A stretch of 63,432 nucleotides of DNA, the filler included, from Reticulomyxa filosa (Eukaryota; Protista; Foraminifera), in assembly GCA_000512085.1 (NCBI GenBank). It is 24 parts of 24 records of this genome, joined end to end, with 100 filler letters (N's around TTAATTAATTAA, not from the genome) between each part and the next. Parts side by side here need not be neighbours in the genome. Positions count along the whole stretch, not along the records: positions 39,058 to 43,701 come from ASPP01007911.1; positions 43,802 to 44,941 come from ASPP01040153.1; positions 45,042 to 48,255 come from ASPP01015508.1; positions 48,356 to 49,408 come from ASPP01039859.1; positions 49,509 to 51,980 come from ASPP01050406.1; positions 52,081 to 53,228 come from ASPP01026958.1; 18 more parts are not named here. One strand, 5' to 3'. The position numbers and the translations under genes were made by a program. Shown here one piece after another: positions 39,940-52,501 of this stretch. Under the pieces are notes generated by a model that ran no database searches, was not told the DNA's origin, and saw nothing but the letters and a program-made list of their open reading frames with translations. The first letter of the stretch is position 1. The number at the start of each line of letters is the position of its first letter.

Positions 39940-42900
39940 AGAAATTTACAAACACGATTTTTGCTTGTAGTAGTTTGTCGACTTATGATACGAAGATGCT
40001 AGAATACATTTTTTAACTTCTTTTCAATCTCAATAGCTGCTTTTGCTACTATTGCTTTGTCATGATGGTGATATACACCGATATGTTTTTTTTGGAAATG
40101 CCAATTTGTATTTCATATTTTAGGGCGATCATCTTGGCAATTCTTGATGCACGAGAGAAATCCACATTACGTGGAATGTCAACGAATCTGGAGTTTTTCA
40201 TAATTTGATCAACTTGTGATACAAATTTTTTTCTTAATTCAGCATCTTCTGTATAGATGTGCAAACAGTTATAAGGCTCTTCAGTAAACCAAATAAAACA
40301 TTTTCCATCGTCCCTTGCTTGTTTCGTCATGTTCATTAGTATATCCAGGTTAGAGCGTATTCGCATTACAGTGATGTAATACTGTTTGATGGAAACAGAG
40401 CTGACGTGCAGAGACAATTCCTTCAATTTATTTTGAAGTTCTTCTAAAATTTGGGGTAATGGTGAATAATAACACTTATTATAATAGTACCCTGCAGTAT
40501 CATCGTTAAATAATGAGAGATGTTTCAACAAAGATGACATAGTTCCAACGAAAACTCTACATTTCTGTTTTTTTATTTTTTGACAATTGGGGGAAAGAGT
40601 GGATAAAAAATGTAAGTTAAACGTCGATAAAGGAAAAAATAAAGAAGAGAGAAACACCTCTGATTGCTTGACAATTTCTTGTTCAATTAATTTGACATTA
40701 TCAATTGTGTTAGAAGATTGTAATATTAGGCAATATTCAATGTTTGTCTCTTTGGTTTGTGTGGCACTAACAAAGTCCAATAGCCCATACTTTTTATGCC
40801 ATTCCAATAATTTTTCTTTCATCTCCAGTGGTTGATACAAGTATTGAAGTATCGCAGGCACTTTAATGTATGTTTCTGTCATCTATGTATAGAAAAGTAT
40901 TTTTCAAAAGAGCCGGTTCACACACATACACATACACATACAAAACAATACAAACAAACCTGACTTAAAAGAGATATAAGTGTATCACGAGTTGACAAGT
41001 CCGAGGCACAAATGACGACATTATCTTTCCATTCGTTTTCGTCAATGTCTATGACAGCCTTGTAATGGTCTTGCAAAAATGTTTTCACTTGCGCAGAGAC
41101 AGTACTTTGTTTCTCTTTAATTTCATCCCGTGTCAAGGTATTATATGATTGCAAATAGGATTTAACCGGAGGAGAGAGAGTCAGTACTTTGGTATTTTGG
41201 AATAAGTCGACCACATAATCCTTCGACTTTGAAAAGGTGACAGATTGCGAGGTTTTCGAAAATGTATCGAAATCAAAGTTATTCGGAGTGAACAGCGGCG
41301 ATATTTCTAAGTATTTTTCCTCTTCATTTAGTGAACACGAAAACATCAATTGCATGAATTTTGTCTTTTCAAATTGTTGCAATAAACGATAAATGAACTG
41401 CAACTTTATCCAAGTGTTTTGAGTTGTGCTTCTTATTTTTTTCGTATTCATCTTTTTTTTTTTTTGTATGTATTGAATAAGTTTGGCGAAGGAAGTAACA
41501 CAAAACAAATAAAAAAGAATACCTCAAACAATTGCAGTATTTTGGCTGATATCTCTGTCCTTTTTGTTGGATCTGATTCATACATCATAATCACATTTTT
41601 GAGATTTGGCCGATCTGAATCCAATAATGGCATTGAATTCGTGTCAATTACAAACCGAGGAACATGATATGTTGTGCATTGCAATCGAAGAAAGGAAATC
41701 AGTTGTTTCATCTTTTCCTTTGTTTTCTTCGCTTCTGGAATTTCAATTGCGATAATGTCCTATTGTTGTAATTATTTGTTGAATCACGTGTGTTCTAAGA
41801 ATATACAATGACGAACACATTTTGCGTGCATAGTAAAGTGTGTTGAACACATACGCAACACGGTTGCACTGTTGCAAAAAACTTGCAAATTGGTCTAAGC
41901 GATGGCTCACATCCAATGTCTGAGCAGAATCCATTGACGTGGATAAATATTGCTTTGACAAAGACACATTGGCAATGTCGGACGTTGATTCATTGGGCAA
42001 GACAGAGCCGGCAACGGTGGCCAAGTCTTTCAAAATGCCGTCGGACACGTCATCCTTTGCGTCTACGCACCACAGACTGGCTGTTTTCGCATTTGCAAAT
42101 ACTCTGAGTTGATACTTGCTCATTGCGATTTCGTTGATAAATGTAACAGTCGACTGTCCGGAGTTTGGAGTAGTTCATTGAATAAGGCGTTGAGTGGATA
42201 AACACGACTTTGTTGTTTAATGTTTGTGAAAAAACCTTGCAGCAATCGGACAATATCCACAGTCGTTGACTCTGTTCCTGCCTTTGGCGACAATGGCTTT
42301 TGATAGATCCACAATGTCGGACGTGTGTGCTTCGAGATATTGTCAATTTCGGATTCACTTGTTGCAAACCAAAACGTCCCATTTCCCATGCTTTCGATTG
42401 CTTTTCGAACGCTCAGTAACATTGCCATCAGATATTCGGCCACGTTTTTCGTGTTAAATGGATATTCCAATGGCACATTCTATACATTCATTTCGTTTTA
42501 TTTTTTTATTTTTATTATTACTGTCATCATTGAATTGTCTTTTTTTTTTTTTTTGCTCAAACACAGGTCTTTTTCAAAAAAATTCAATCCTTTCTTTCGA
42601 TAAGAAAATCAAAATTTGAAGGATTGCCTGGAAGAGAGAGAGGGAGAGTGAGAAAAGGAAAAAAAAAAAATTTCCTGAAATTTCTTGACAGATAATGCAA
42701 TGAAATTGTTGTTCAGTCATCTTTCACCTTTTCTGTTGTGTATCCCAATTTCCAAAAAAAAAAAAAAAATCCACGTCTGTGATTTTTGTATCTCTCATTA
42801 AAGCAAAACTTTGATAGAGTTTCTTATTTGGTCTTGGAGTTGAGACGAAGGGACGTGGAAATCGGATTGAGTCGGAACACTTGAGAAAGTACAAAGTGGA

Positions 42901-43700
42901 AATATGCGCAACAAATATGGATGGTCCATCTGGACAAAACATTGAAAATCAGTCGCAATGCTGTTGACAACTTCGTCTGGAATTGGCGTTTGCAGAGTCA
43001 AAGAGACGGAGAATTTGGAATAGAAAATATAGTACTGCATCGCATTTTTAATCGCAGTCGCGATGCCAGTCATCTCAATGTCATAGTAAACTCTGTTATC
43101 GTGATTTGGCACACGATTTTGTCGGATAGTCACGCCACATGTGCCTTCAATTGTTTTTGCCAACAGTGGTGGTAACGAAAAGGGTTGCTTATCTAAGGTT
43201 AATGTTCGAGGCTGCCACGATCCGCTGCTCAATGTGGATAATGAGATTGGAATTGGCTTTATTTCTGAGGCACCCGATTTTGTTGTTATGTTGGTCTTCT
43301 TTGATTTGTCACTTGTTGCTTTTGATGTGGTCGAAATTACACTGAATTGATGATATCTCGAAGTGCATGGGACCAAGTGCTCATTCACTTTCTGTTGTTT
43401 CGTTCGGTTGCTCGTCGTTTGTTCGCAAAATAAAACACACGCATAGAATTTACCCTAATTGATATTTGTCCAAGTTGACACCTCCGATACATTCGCCAGT
43501 TTTGGTTATCTCTATATCTTATGGAAAGAAAGTCAATTGGATTTTTTTTTAAGCTATATTCTAATATTTGGGAAACAACGCTTTCCGAGTTACGCACCGG
43601 CACAATTCACTCCTTTACAATCCGATGGTGGCCATTCTTTTGTGAAGAAATCATACGGTCTATGTTTAGCGATAGAGTACTCATTTGTATGAGTGTAATT
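39940..43700 (-). CDS. Large multi-exon hypothetical protein, 5' truncated
   Basis: Chain of co-oriented minus-strand ORFs (43603-43385, 43388-42798, 42476-41743, 41711-41448, 41430-40960, 40882-40049) separated by GT-AG introns or frameshifts. No family recognised. Confidence 0.6.
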
Positions 43701-45094
43701 ANNNNNNNNNNNNNNNNNNNNNNNNNNNNNNNNNNNNNNNNNNNNTTAATTAATTAANNNNNNNNNNNNNNNNNNNNNNNNNNNNNNNNNNNNNNNNNNN
43801 NGTGAAGATCCCAGTGCATTTGAATTACACACACAATCGACTTCGCTACTGTGCTTGTATTGCCGATTGGATCAATATCTCTATCTTACGCTGGAGTCAC
43901 GGAAAAATAATAGCGATGTCATTTATCACGGTGTGTACGATGCGGAATAGTAGAACAAGCCACTTTCTTGACAGAACGCTATACACAGTAGGGTAAACCC
44001 TTTCAGGGTTGGAGCGATGCTAGAAAATTGATCATTGTTGAGGCAATACCTTCAAAAGTATTGGTGAGTGAACTGAACCTTGCATTTGGAGATCCTAAAT
44101 TTCATAAATATTTTAAAAAAAAAAAGTGACGAAAAAAATATGTACAACCCATGCCACCACAAACATCTGAGCTACAACTACAAAAATAATGTCGATAACT
44201 TTAAATCTTCTAATGTTTTTCTTTCATTGCTTTATTAACCTTTTCAACTGTCATTGCTGCAATGTAAGCTCTTTTCTTTTTCTTTCTCGTAATTGTCTTT
44301 ATCATCTCCATTTTATTCATATTTTTCTTTTCATCTACATCTACATGACGGCAAGAAGATACTACTCCAAATCTTTTTTTGCCAACAATGACAAGAATCA
44401 ATTCCCATTTCACACAATCTAACGCGCTTTCTTTCAGATTTAAAATATTAAAGTTTAGAAAATTTTTTACGATGAGTATGATTTGATTGTAAAGAAGTCA
44501 AGTGAGCTGGAGGTGAGACATTGCAATTATAATTAAAAAAAAGTACAAAAAAGATAAATTTTTCAACCAAAAAATGTGAGGCAAGCGTTAAATACTTGCA
44601 ATCAAAATTTGGCATTGTTTGTACTTCGCTTCACACAGCAACCACAACAGCTACTTTTCAAGTTCTTGATGTTGCACGTTTACTTTCATGTATGCAGCCA
44701 TCAATATTGGTGTGGTTACTGTTACAATTGCCATCATTGCCGGGAACTCGCTGCAGCACAATGACAATATAAACAGCAAAAACGCGTCCATCCGCATTCC
44801 AAAACTTCGTTAATACACCTTGGAATATCTGTTAAAATATTTTAAGCAACACATTTCATACATAAAATAAATAACCAACACCACGTATAAATATGTAGTG
44901 TTGTTATTAGTTATTGAATATGTACATATATTAAAAAAAAANNNNNNNNNNNNNNNNNNNNNNNNNNNNNNNNNNNNNNNNNNNNTTAATTAATTAANNN
45001 NNNNNNNNNNNNNNNNNNNNNNNNNNNNNNNNNNNNNNNNNAAAAAAAAAAAAACAAAAAAAAAAAAAAAAAAAAAAAAAAGAGTTTGAATAAG

Positions 45095-46796
45095 TAAGAC
45101 AAGTGAGAAAGGAGGGATGATGGAAAAGCAAACTACATAATGTCAATAGTGTTTCTGGGAGCACAACATTTCGGGTCGCGTTGGCATGTCCAGAAACACA
45201 AGACAACAACGAAACAGTTTGGACATCGAAAGGTAAATTGTATGCATATCATACAATACATATGTATAATATTATATATATACATGTACACATATATACG
45301 TATACATACATATATAATATATTTATATTTTTTTTGTATATACGTATTAAAAAAAAAATGATAAATTGATAACTTATTTCAATAAAAATGGCAAACGAAT
45401 AACAGAGCAGAAATACCAAGAAGTGTTGGACGAAAAGTTGAAGAGTCAGTATGGTCCGGAGATGCGAGCAAAGCTGATTCAGAGTTTGTCAAACATCGTT
45501 GGGTGTAGTGTCCAACCTCAGAAAGGATGAAAGAAGGGCGACCAACCTAACAACCATGTCCTCAATGGTGTGGGGGGGGGTTTAAAAAAAAAAAAAAAAA
45601 AAGGGTCCACCGTGTTCATATCGCGTGACAAAAAGCAACAGCGGTAATTACACATTGGAAATCGGACAAACAATCGAAGACATAAGTGTCACTTTAGCTA
45701 AAATTGAATTGTTCAAAAACAAACAAAAAGGAAAAAGTTTGGATTATCTCTTTCAGAAATTGAGCGACACAATTCGCTTTCGCAAAGTTTTTCTTTGTTT
45801 ATTTGTTGGATTGGACGAAAGGGGGGGGGGGGACTATCTTTTTTTTTTTTTGATAGACATTACATAATCCCCCCTTGGCAAAAAAAAAACATAGGAAGAA
45901 AATGAAATGCTGAATACAGAAAAAAAAATGTGTATTAACACAAAGAGATGAAGCTTTGCAACAAATTGACGCCACCACGGCGTTGAAAACTAATGCCGAA
46001 CAGGCTTTGTTAGAAAAAGTTTTGATTTTTTTTTTTTTAACAAAAAATTTTGCTGGCTCAGCAAAATCGTCATTTGTTTTTTTTTTTTTTTGCTGTTGTT
46101 ATTAAAATTATGTCCAATCATATAGTTTGTACTCATTTTAAATGCCAAAAAAGCCAAAATTCGCGAATTAACAGAACAAGGTTTTTTTTTTTGTTTTTGT
46201 TTTGTTTTAAAAGTGAAATGAAGAGATAGTGACATTTGTTTTAAAAAAATGTATGAAAACGTGTGTTAGTGCGTGCATTGGAGACACAATTGAGTGCAAA
46301 GGTTGCGTTCGACTTGGACGAAATGGAACGCAAAGGTATGGCAGTGGATGGCCACGGAAACAAGGAAAACAACAACACATTGTCACTTGGCACAGTGATG
46401 GACAGCGTGGATGCATATAACAATTGCGACACGCATGCACCAATGAAGATCAGTGCGGTTCCAAAAGATAGCAGCAGCAACTCGCAGCTGCGTCGCAATG
46501 ACGTTGCTCAAGACAAAACAGTCAACCGAAAAGACAAAGACCTTGGGGGAAAACAGACCCCAATACCTTCTTCGCCGTCCTCTTCACTTGCCAAATTGAA
46601 CATTTCTGCAAAGAAACGGTTCGCACACATTTTGTCTACAAACAAACACATTCTCATCAATACTGCTCTTGCCATGCCATATCATGATATTTCATGCTCT
46701 TTTTTTTTCTTTTTTTTTTAAAAAAGGAGTCGAAGGGAAACACTGGAAGACGGACGAAGTCAAGTGACACTCGGTGGCAACAACCGAAATTTGCAG
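45095..46796 (+). CDS. XRCC4: XRCC4 (NHEJ ligase IV partner), multi-exon; 5' and 3' ends uncertain
   Basis: Exon 46126-46180 reads FVLILNAKKAKIRELTEQ (XRCC4 F.LVLNEKK.KIR.L motif). It is preceded by the head-domain end LEIGQTIEDISVTLAKIEL..LDYLFQKLSDTI and the coiled coil EENEML..RDEALQQIDATTALKTNAEQALLEK, and followed by a disordered tail. One shift in the A9 run at ~45925. Confidence 0.8.
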
Positions 46797-48121
46797 GTGA
46801 ATAAACATGAAAACAACTTTGGTGAACATTCTTCTCCTGACTATAAAAAACGTAAAAAAATTAGTTTGTCCAAAAAAGAGCTTTGTCATATACTAAGCGA
46901 TGACGATGATATTTGCACATTCAACACAGACATGTTATTGTAGTTTCTTTTACGTTTTCCTCACGTTTTTTTTCTATTTAATTCTTTCTTTTTCTTTCGG
47001 GCTTATTCACATGTGTCCGGCCAATGGTTGCTTTGAACAAAACAACGTTATCCAAACGGATCAATACAAAATATTAGCATTTTGAATGGGACAGGTCCTG
47101 TTTCAGATAATAACGATATAATGAAACTGATAATGTTAACAATCACGATGCTGTTAAGCTAGACTATGTATGTAAAAGACAAATCAAAGATAATATCATT
47201 GACAATGTGAAAGAAGAAAAACCATATCCATTGATTCCAACATGTACAGTTCAAGTGAATCTTGAAAATCCTTTTTTTAAAATTTCTTTAATCAATTTTC
47301 TTTTTTTAAAAAATCTAGAACAAAATCGATTCTACAAATGATGATAAAATTGAAATTCTTTTTAAGGAAAATCATTTTATAGATATACAACAGTTAAAAA
47401 AAGTTTTATGCCAAATCAGAGTTACTTTCAGTGATCTTATGATGTTTATAGAAGAAGACATTGGCCGTATTTATATAGCTGAAAACATTGACTGGAAGAT
47501 CAATCATGTAATAATTTTGACATTGATAAACATTCTGGGATCATATATTCATATCAAATTATTGCTTATGGTAAAGTTACGCTTTCATTTGAAAATGAAA
47601 AGCAATATCATTTAATTGAAGAAATAAAAGATATTACAAATATAATCTAAAAACTACGATCAAAAATTATTAATTTGGAAAGTAATTGTAATGATTTAAA
47701 GAAAAATTTATCAACAAGTATAGGTATTTTAATTAAAAAATTCAAGATTATTATAAGATATTATTAAATAAAATTGACGTATATATAGATAAAAAAAAAG
47801 AAACTAGTTAATTATTATAGCATATTAATCATATTGATGATGTATTAAAAAAAATAATATTATACAATTGATTAACGATAACAAAAAAACTCAAAGTGAA
47901 AAGGATAAAGTTATAGAAGTAGTAATAGAAAATGAATGCATTGATCTAGATTTTTTAAAATCAAATTTAATTAACTTAAATTTTAATAATTTCATTTATA
48001 TCCAATTTACAAGAGATGATACACAAATAAATAAATTAGTGAAACAAGTAGCTAATTTAGTTGATCGACATATTGTTATTATCGAACATGTGTCAATAAC
48101 TTTAACGATAAAAAAAAAGTA

Positions 48122-48186
48122 AGAATTGAACTAGCGACTGATGGTTAATGTTATTATTGTCAGCCATCGGTCGCTAGTTCAATTCT
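48122..48186. repeat. Near-perfect inverted repeat/hairpin (25-bp stem) with a third diverged arm copy at 48230-48255
   Basis: agaattgaactagcgactgatggtt pairs with agccatcggtcgctagttcaattct (2 G:T); the third copy is tagaactcgagaccgatagttggcaa. Confidence 0.9.
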
Positions 48187-48355
48187 CAAATTTGTATTTT
48201 TTTTTATATTAGATAAACTCACGTAAGACTAGAACTCGAGACCGATAGTTGGCAANNNNNNNNNNNNNNNNNNNNNNNNNNNNNNNNNNNNNNNNNNNNT
48301 TAATTAATTAANNNNNNNNNNNNNNNNNNNNNNNNNNNNNNNNNNNNNNNNNNNN

Positions 48356-49408
48356 TGGTTTCTTATCTTGGTTGTCTTCTTTCTTTATCCTGGACACACC
48401 TTTGTCGCCACTCGGAGGTATCTCGTCAGGTCCATTGTCAAGCTCACACGCTCCCCTTTCACACCTGTTCGATTCGTCGATTTCTTTTTAGCTGATCAAT
48501 GGACATCGCTTTTTGCCATTGTTATCGATCTTACTTATTCCATCTGTTTGTTTGTTACGTTGAGTTTCTCTCCATATACATATATGTACATATATATACA
48601 TATATATACATATACATATATGTATACGTATTATTTGTACATATAAATAAATATAAATATATACATACATACTCATGCAAATGTATACGTAGTGGCGATT
48701 TTTTAATCAACCAAAAATCACAATGCAACTCACGTAACAACACATTGTGGATTAACCTTCTTGGCATATCGCCATACCTCGTTCGCTTTTGGCAATGTAT
48801 TCGAAAGTTTGTTGATAATGAAATCACTGCTGCTCCTGCTACTGCTACTGCTGCCGGCAACAAAACAAGATTTTACTGTGGTGCTTTGCTTGGGCGATAT
48901 GCTCAACTAGTCAATGCTGGCAAATATCTGTCGAGTTTTGTATGATGTCGCTCGTTGTTTTGCTTTGGAGTCCCTCCTTTTTTCCCCCTCTCTCCCAAAG
49001 ACAATATATATATACATATAATGTGTACACAAATAATAATCTCCCTTTTCAGCGATAATAACAGTGTTGATATCAGCAGTGCAAGCGTATACGACGAGCT
49101 TTGACTTGCTTGTGTTGCGTGTAATTTGTGGAGTGATCGCGACGCTGTATGCATTGCTGTGGGATATTTACATGGATTGGTGATTACTCCGTTCGAATGA
49201 CAAGCATTTTGGATTGCGACAGGAGTTGCTATTTCAGCCTTGGGTTTATTACGTCGCAATACCTATCAATGCATTGCTGCGCATTTCTTGGGCCATTGCC
49301 TTGTTTCCACGATCCTTTGGCATTACGTATCCTATGTTTTATTTCCAATTGCTGTTTTTATCGTTGGAAGTTGTTCGTCGATGCATTTGGAATGTCTTTC
49401 GTTTGGAA
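48356..49408 (+). CDS. EXS-domain (PHO1/XPR1/SYG1) phosphate exporter fragment with one in-frame TGA
   Basis: PFTPVRFVDFFLADQWTSL, PYLVRFWQCIRK, LVNAGKYLS, YALLWDIYMDW*LL, LRQELLF..VYYVAI..NALLRISW, LEVVRRCIWNVFRLE. TGA at 49181. Confidence 0.9.
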
Positions 49409-50099
49409 NNNNNNNNNNNNNNNNNNNNNNNNNNNNNNNNNNNNNNNNNNNNTTAATTAATTAANNNNNNNNNNNNNNNNNNNNNNNNNNNNNNNNNNNN
49501 NNNNNNNNATCAAAAAAAAAGATTGGAAAGTTTTTATATTTTATATTTTTATATTTTTTATTTGTATTCGATATTAGAGGGATAGGGAAAATTTGTGGGA
49601 AAAAGAAATTAGAGGGGAAAAGATATTAAAAGGGAAAAGAAATTGAAGGGAAAAAATAAAGGGAAAAAATCTATTGAAAAAAGGTTGGGAAAAGAAAATG
49701 AATTAGAAAAGGGGGGAAATGAATGGGAAATGGGAAAATAGTTGGGGAAATTTTATTTAAGAATGGAAAAAAATAAAAAAATGAATGATTAGAAATAAAA
49801 AAGAAATGAAAAATAGTTGAAAAAAGAAAAAGAAAAAGAAAATAAAAAAAAGGATAGAATGTGAAAAAAATAAAAAAAAGATTGAAAAGATATAAAAAGA
49901 AAAAAGAAAAAAAGAAAAAAGATTAAAAAAAAAAAAACTGTGTCAATGGAGGAGCGGAGACTAGTCGCTCATACCGAATGGATTGTGTTTGTGCGCGTTT
50001 TCGCGCTTTTGATTTTATGTTGTGATGGTGCTGGTGGTAGTAAGATTTAGAAAGAGATTGTTGGATCAACGTAGGAGCACAAGTCTTTGCAGAACAACT

Positions 50100-51980
50100 T
50101 TGGCGCGACAAATCACCAAGAAGGCGTCGAACTGCAATCTATAGCGCCAACAAACAAGCGAGACTAATCGTTATTGAAATGGAGCTAACTTCATGACAGC
50201 AGAACAATAATTAAAACTTGTGGTACGCGTGCACACGTTCGCAACTTTAAATTTTGAATCTTGAGATCACAGGTGGCATTGGCGATCGATAAAGATATAG
50301 CTTGCTGCATTTTTTGGCTCAATCGCTGAAATAGTCTTGTAAGTTGTTTTTTTCGAACAATATCCAATTATTTTTGCTTAGTTGTCTACTGGATTGATTA
50401 TTGACTACAGGCGACATGTTGGATGCGACGCAAACTTTGTATTCGTCGTATTGTCCTAGCACTTGGTGAGCAATGGAGTGTGGGTCGCCAATTTGCATTC
50501 GTTTAAGTTGGATTCGAATCGAGAAAATCGTTCAATGTGAAAATGGCCCAGTTCGGTGAAGGAGTTGTGCAAAACCACCGTCAAGACACTAGGAAGCAAG
50601 AAGATTGAGATGATAACGAAGAAAAAAAACTCGGAGCCAGTTTTAAAAAAATGATAAACTAGTCGGCCGGCTTTGTTGAGTTTGGATATGTAATTGTTTT
50701 TCATGACTGGAAACGCGCAAAGTCGCCACTCGCAGGCGCCGACTAACTTCTCATATAGCGTTCCAATTGAAAATTTTAAATGAGTGCTGCAATTTTAAAT
50801 AGTGGCAGCCGAAGCATTGGAAAGAGCATTTATCATCAACACATGCACACAAAATTCTCTGTGAATAATTGTTGGAGCGGCGCATAGCCAAAGAAAGCGC
50901 CGAACTTCGGTCTATCGGTGCCAACGAACAGGAAACAATCGGTGGTTATGAAAATTGCGCTAATTCTGTAAATGCATAGACTGAGCAATGCGCACATTCG
51001 CAACTTAGATTTTGAATCGTGAGCTCGCGAAACTTTGGACATTGTTTATCGGTGAAGAAAGAGATAAAGATAGTTGTATTTTTCGACTCTATCTCTGCAA
51101 CAGTTGTGCGTCTTGTGTTTGTTGAGAAAGAGCATATTATCTTTGTCGAACTGCTTCCGGGAACTATGGACGACGAGTTTGGTGCCAATCAAAAAAAGCA
51201 AGAAAAAACAGGAACGACGAATAAATCTAATAATAGAATAGACAAATGGAACAATCCTTTATTGCAAGTGCTTACGTCCATTCGATCGGGCCAAAGTATG
51301 TTTTTTATCACAACAGCGACGAGAGTATATAAACTTGTAGCTGGAAAACATTGCGATATGTAGTTGGAACAGTTGACCAGATTATCTCAAATCAATCACA
51401 AGCAAGTTAAACCTTGGCGCTTCCAGAATATAAAAGCACACTCGCTAGGAAGAAAAAAAAGAAAACTGTGATGTCGTGCAAAGTAAAAATGATATCAATA
51501 TCATGGTGTAGCAACGGCGGCAGCGACTGGGTTGACGAAGAAGTTGCAAACGATGAAGAAAAAGAAAATAACCGACATTGCAATCGAGCAAACCACACTA
51601 CATCGGATGAATCATCCCATGAAAGAGTGGTTCAATTTAGTTATTCGAAACGCACAAGACACCTGGCAAGCAAGAAGAGAAAGAGTAGTAGGGCGATTAT
51701 TTGTTTAAAAGGATGAGAAAAAAAAAAAACAACCAGTCGGCCGGCTTTATTGACTTTCGTGATGGAATTGCTTTTTAGGTTCGGAAACACGCAAAATCGC
51801 TACTCGCAGGCGTATGCTAACTTCACATAGTGCGCCCCAATGAAAAATGTTAAAAGAATATATCAGTGTCGAAACTGGTCGTGTATGTGTGTATGTGCGT
51901 GCTGATGGGAAAAATCGTAAGCTTGAAGGCGACATGAGCATTGCTAATTCGTGAATAGATAGAGGCTTGTTGCATTTTCC
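50100..51980 (+). pseudogene. Two tandem, heavily decayed Mo25/CAB39-like copies (~50100-50800 and ~50870-51980)
   Basis: Diverged direct repeat visible at DNA level. Remnant peptides L(N/D)FES*, DKDIA..GSI, SAGF(V/I)(E/D)F, RK(V/I)ATRRR, KMLKEYIS and IEACCIF parallel Mo25 LDFE.RKD, EIAL..G, SAEFLE, NYVTKRQ, IMTKYIS and FEAFHVF. Confidence 0.5.
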
Positions 51981-52080
51981 NNNNNNNNNNNNNNNNNNNN
52001 NNNNNNNNNNNNNNNNNNNNNNNNTTAATTAATTAANNNNNNNNNNNNNNNNNNNNNNNNNNNNNNNNNNNNNNNNNNNN

Positions 52081-52501
52081 TGTTCAATTTTCACCTGATG
52101 GTAACAGAATTATATCTGGTTCACGTGATAAAACCATCCGATTGTGGGATGCATCATCTGGAAAACAAATTCAATGTTTAGAAGGTCATTCGAATGATGT
52201 TACTTCTGTTCAATTTTCACCTGATGGTAACAGAATTTTATCTAGTTCAAGTGATAAAACCATTCGATTGCATGATTCGTTTTTCGCTCGCGTTGCAGGC
52301 ATGTTTGATGTTTCGAGTAATTCGATTTTGGTTGCAGGTGACAAAAAATTTGTATCAAATTTGCAAGATAAAAAATCTTTGTGGAAATGCATTTGGCAAT
52401 GTGGTACTTGTTTGTCATTGAGGGGCAGTACTTGGAAAGATGCAAAAGGTGTAACTCTTTTGCAGAGGTCAGTTGTTGGACAATATGGTGGAACTTTTTG
52501 A
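52081..52501 (+). CDS. WD40-repeat protein C-terminus, 5' truncated
   Basis: VQFSPDGNRIISGSRDKTIRLWDASSGKQIQCLEGHSNDVTSVQFSPDGNRILSSSSDKTIRL; 126-bp DNA repeat (52081/52207). Confidence 0.9.

Noticed and set aside
43802-44941. Coding-like minus-strand sequence (also 53329-54364 and 26143-26491)
   Set aside because: Multiple stops or no recognisable motif; possibly relics, but no product call can be supported.
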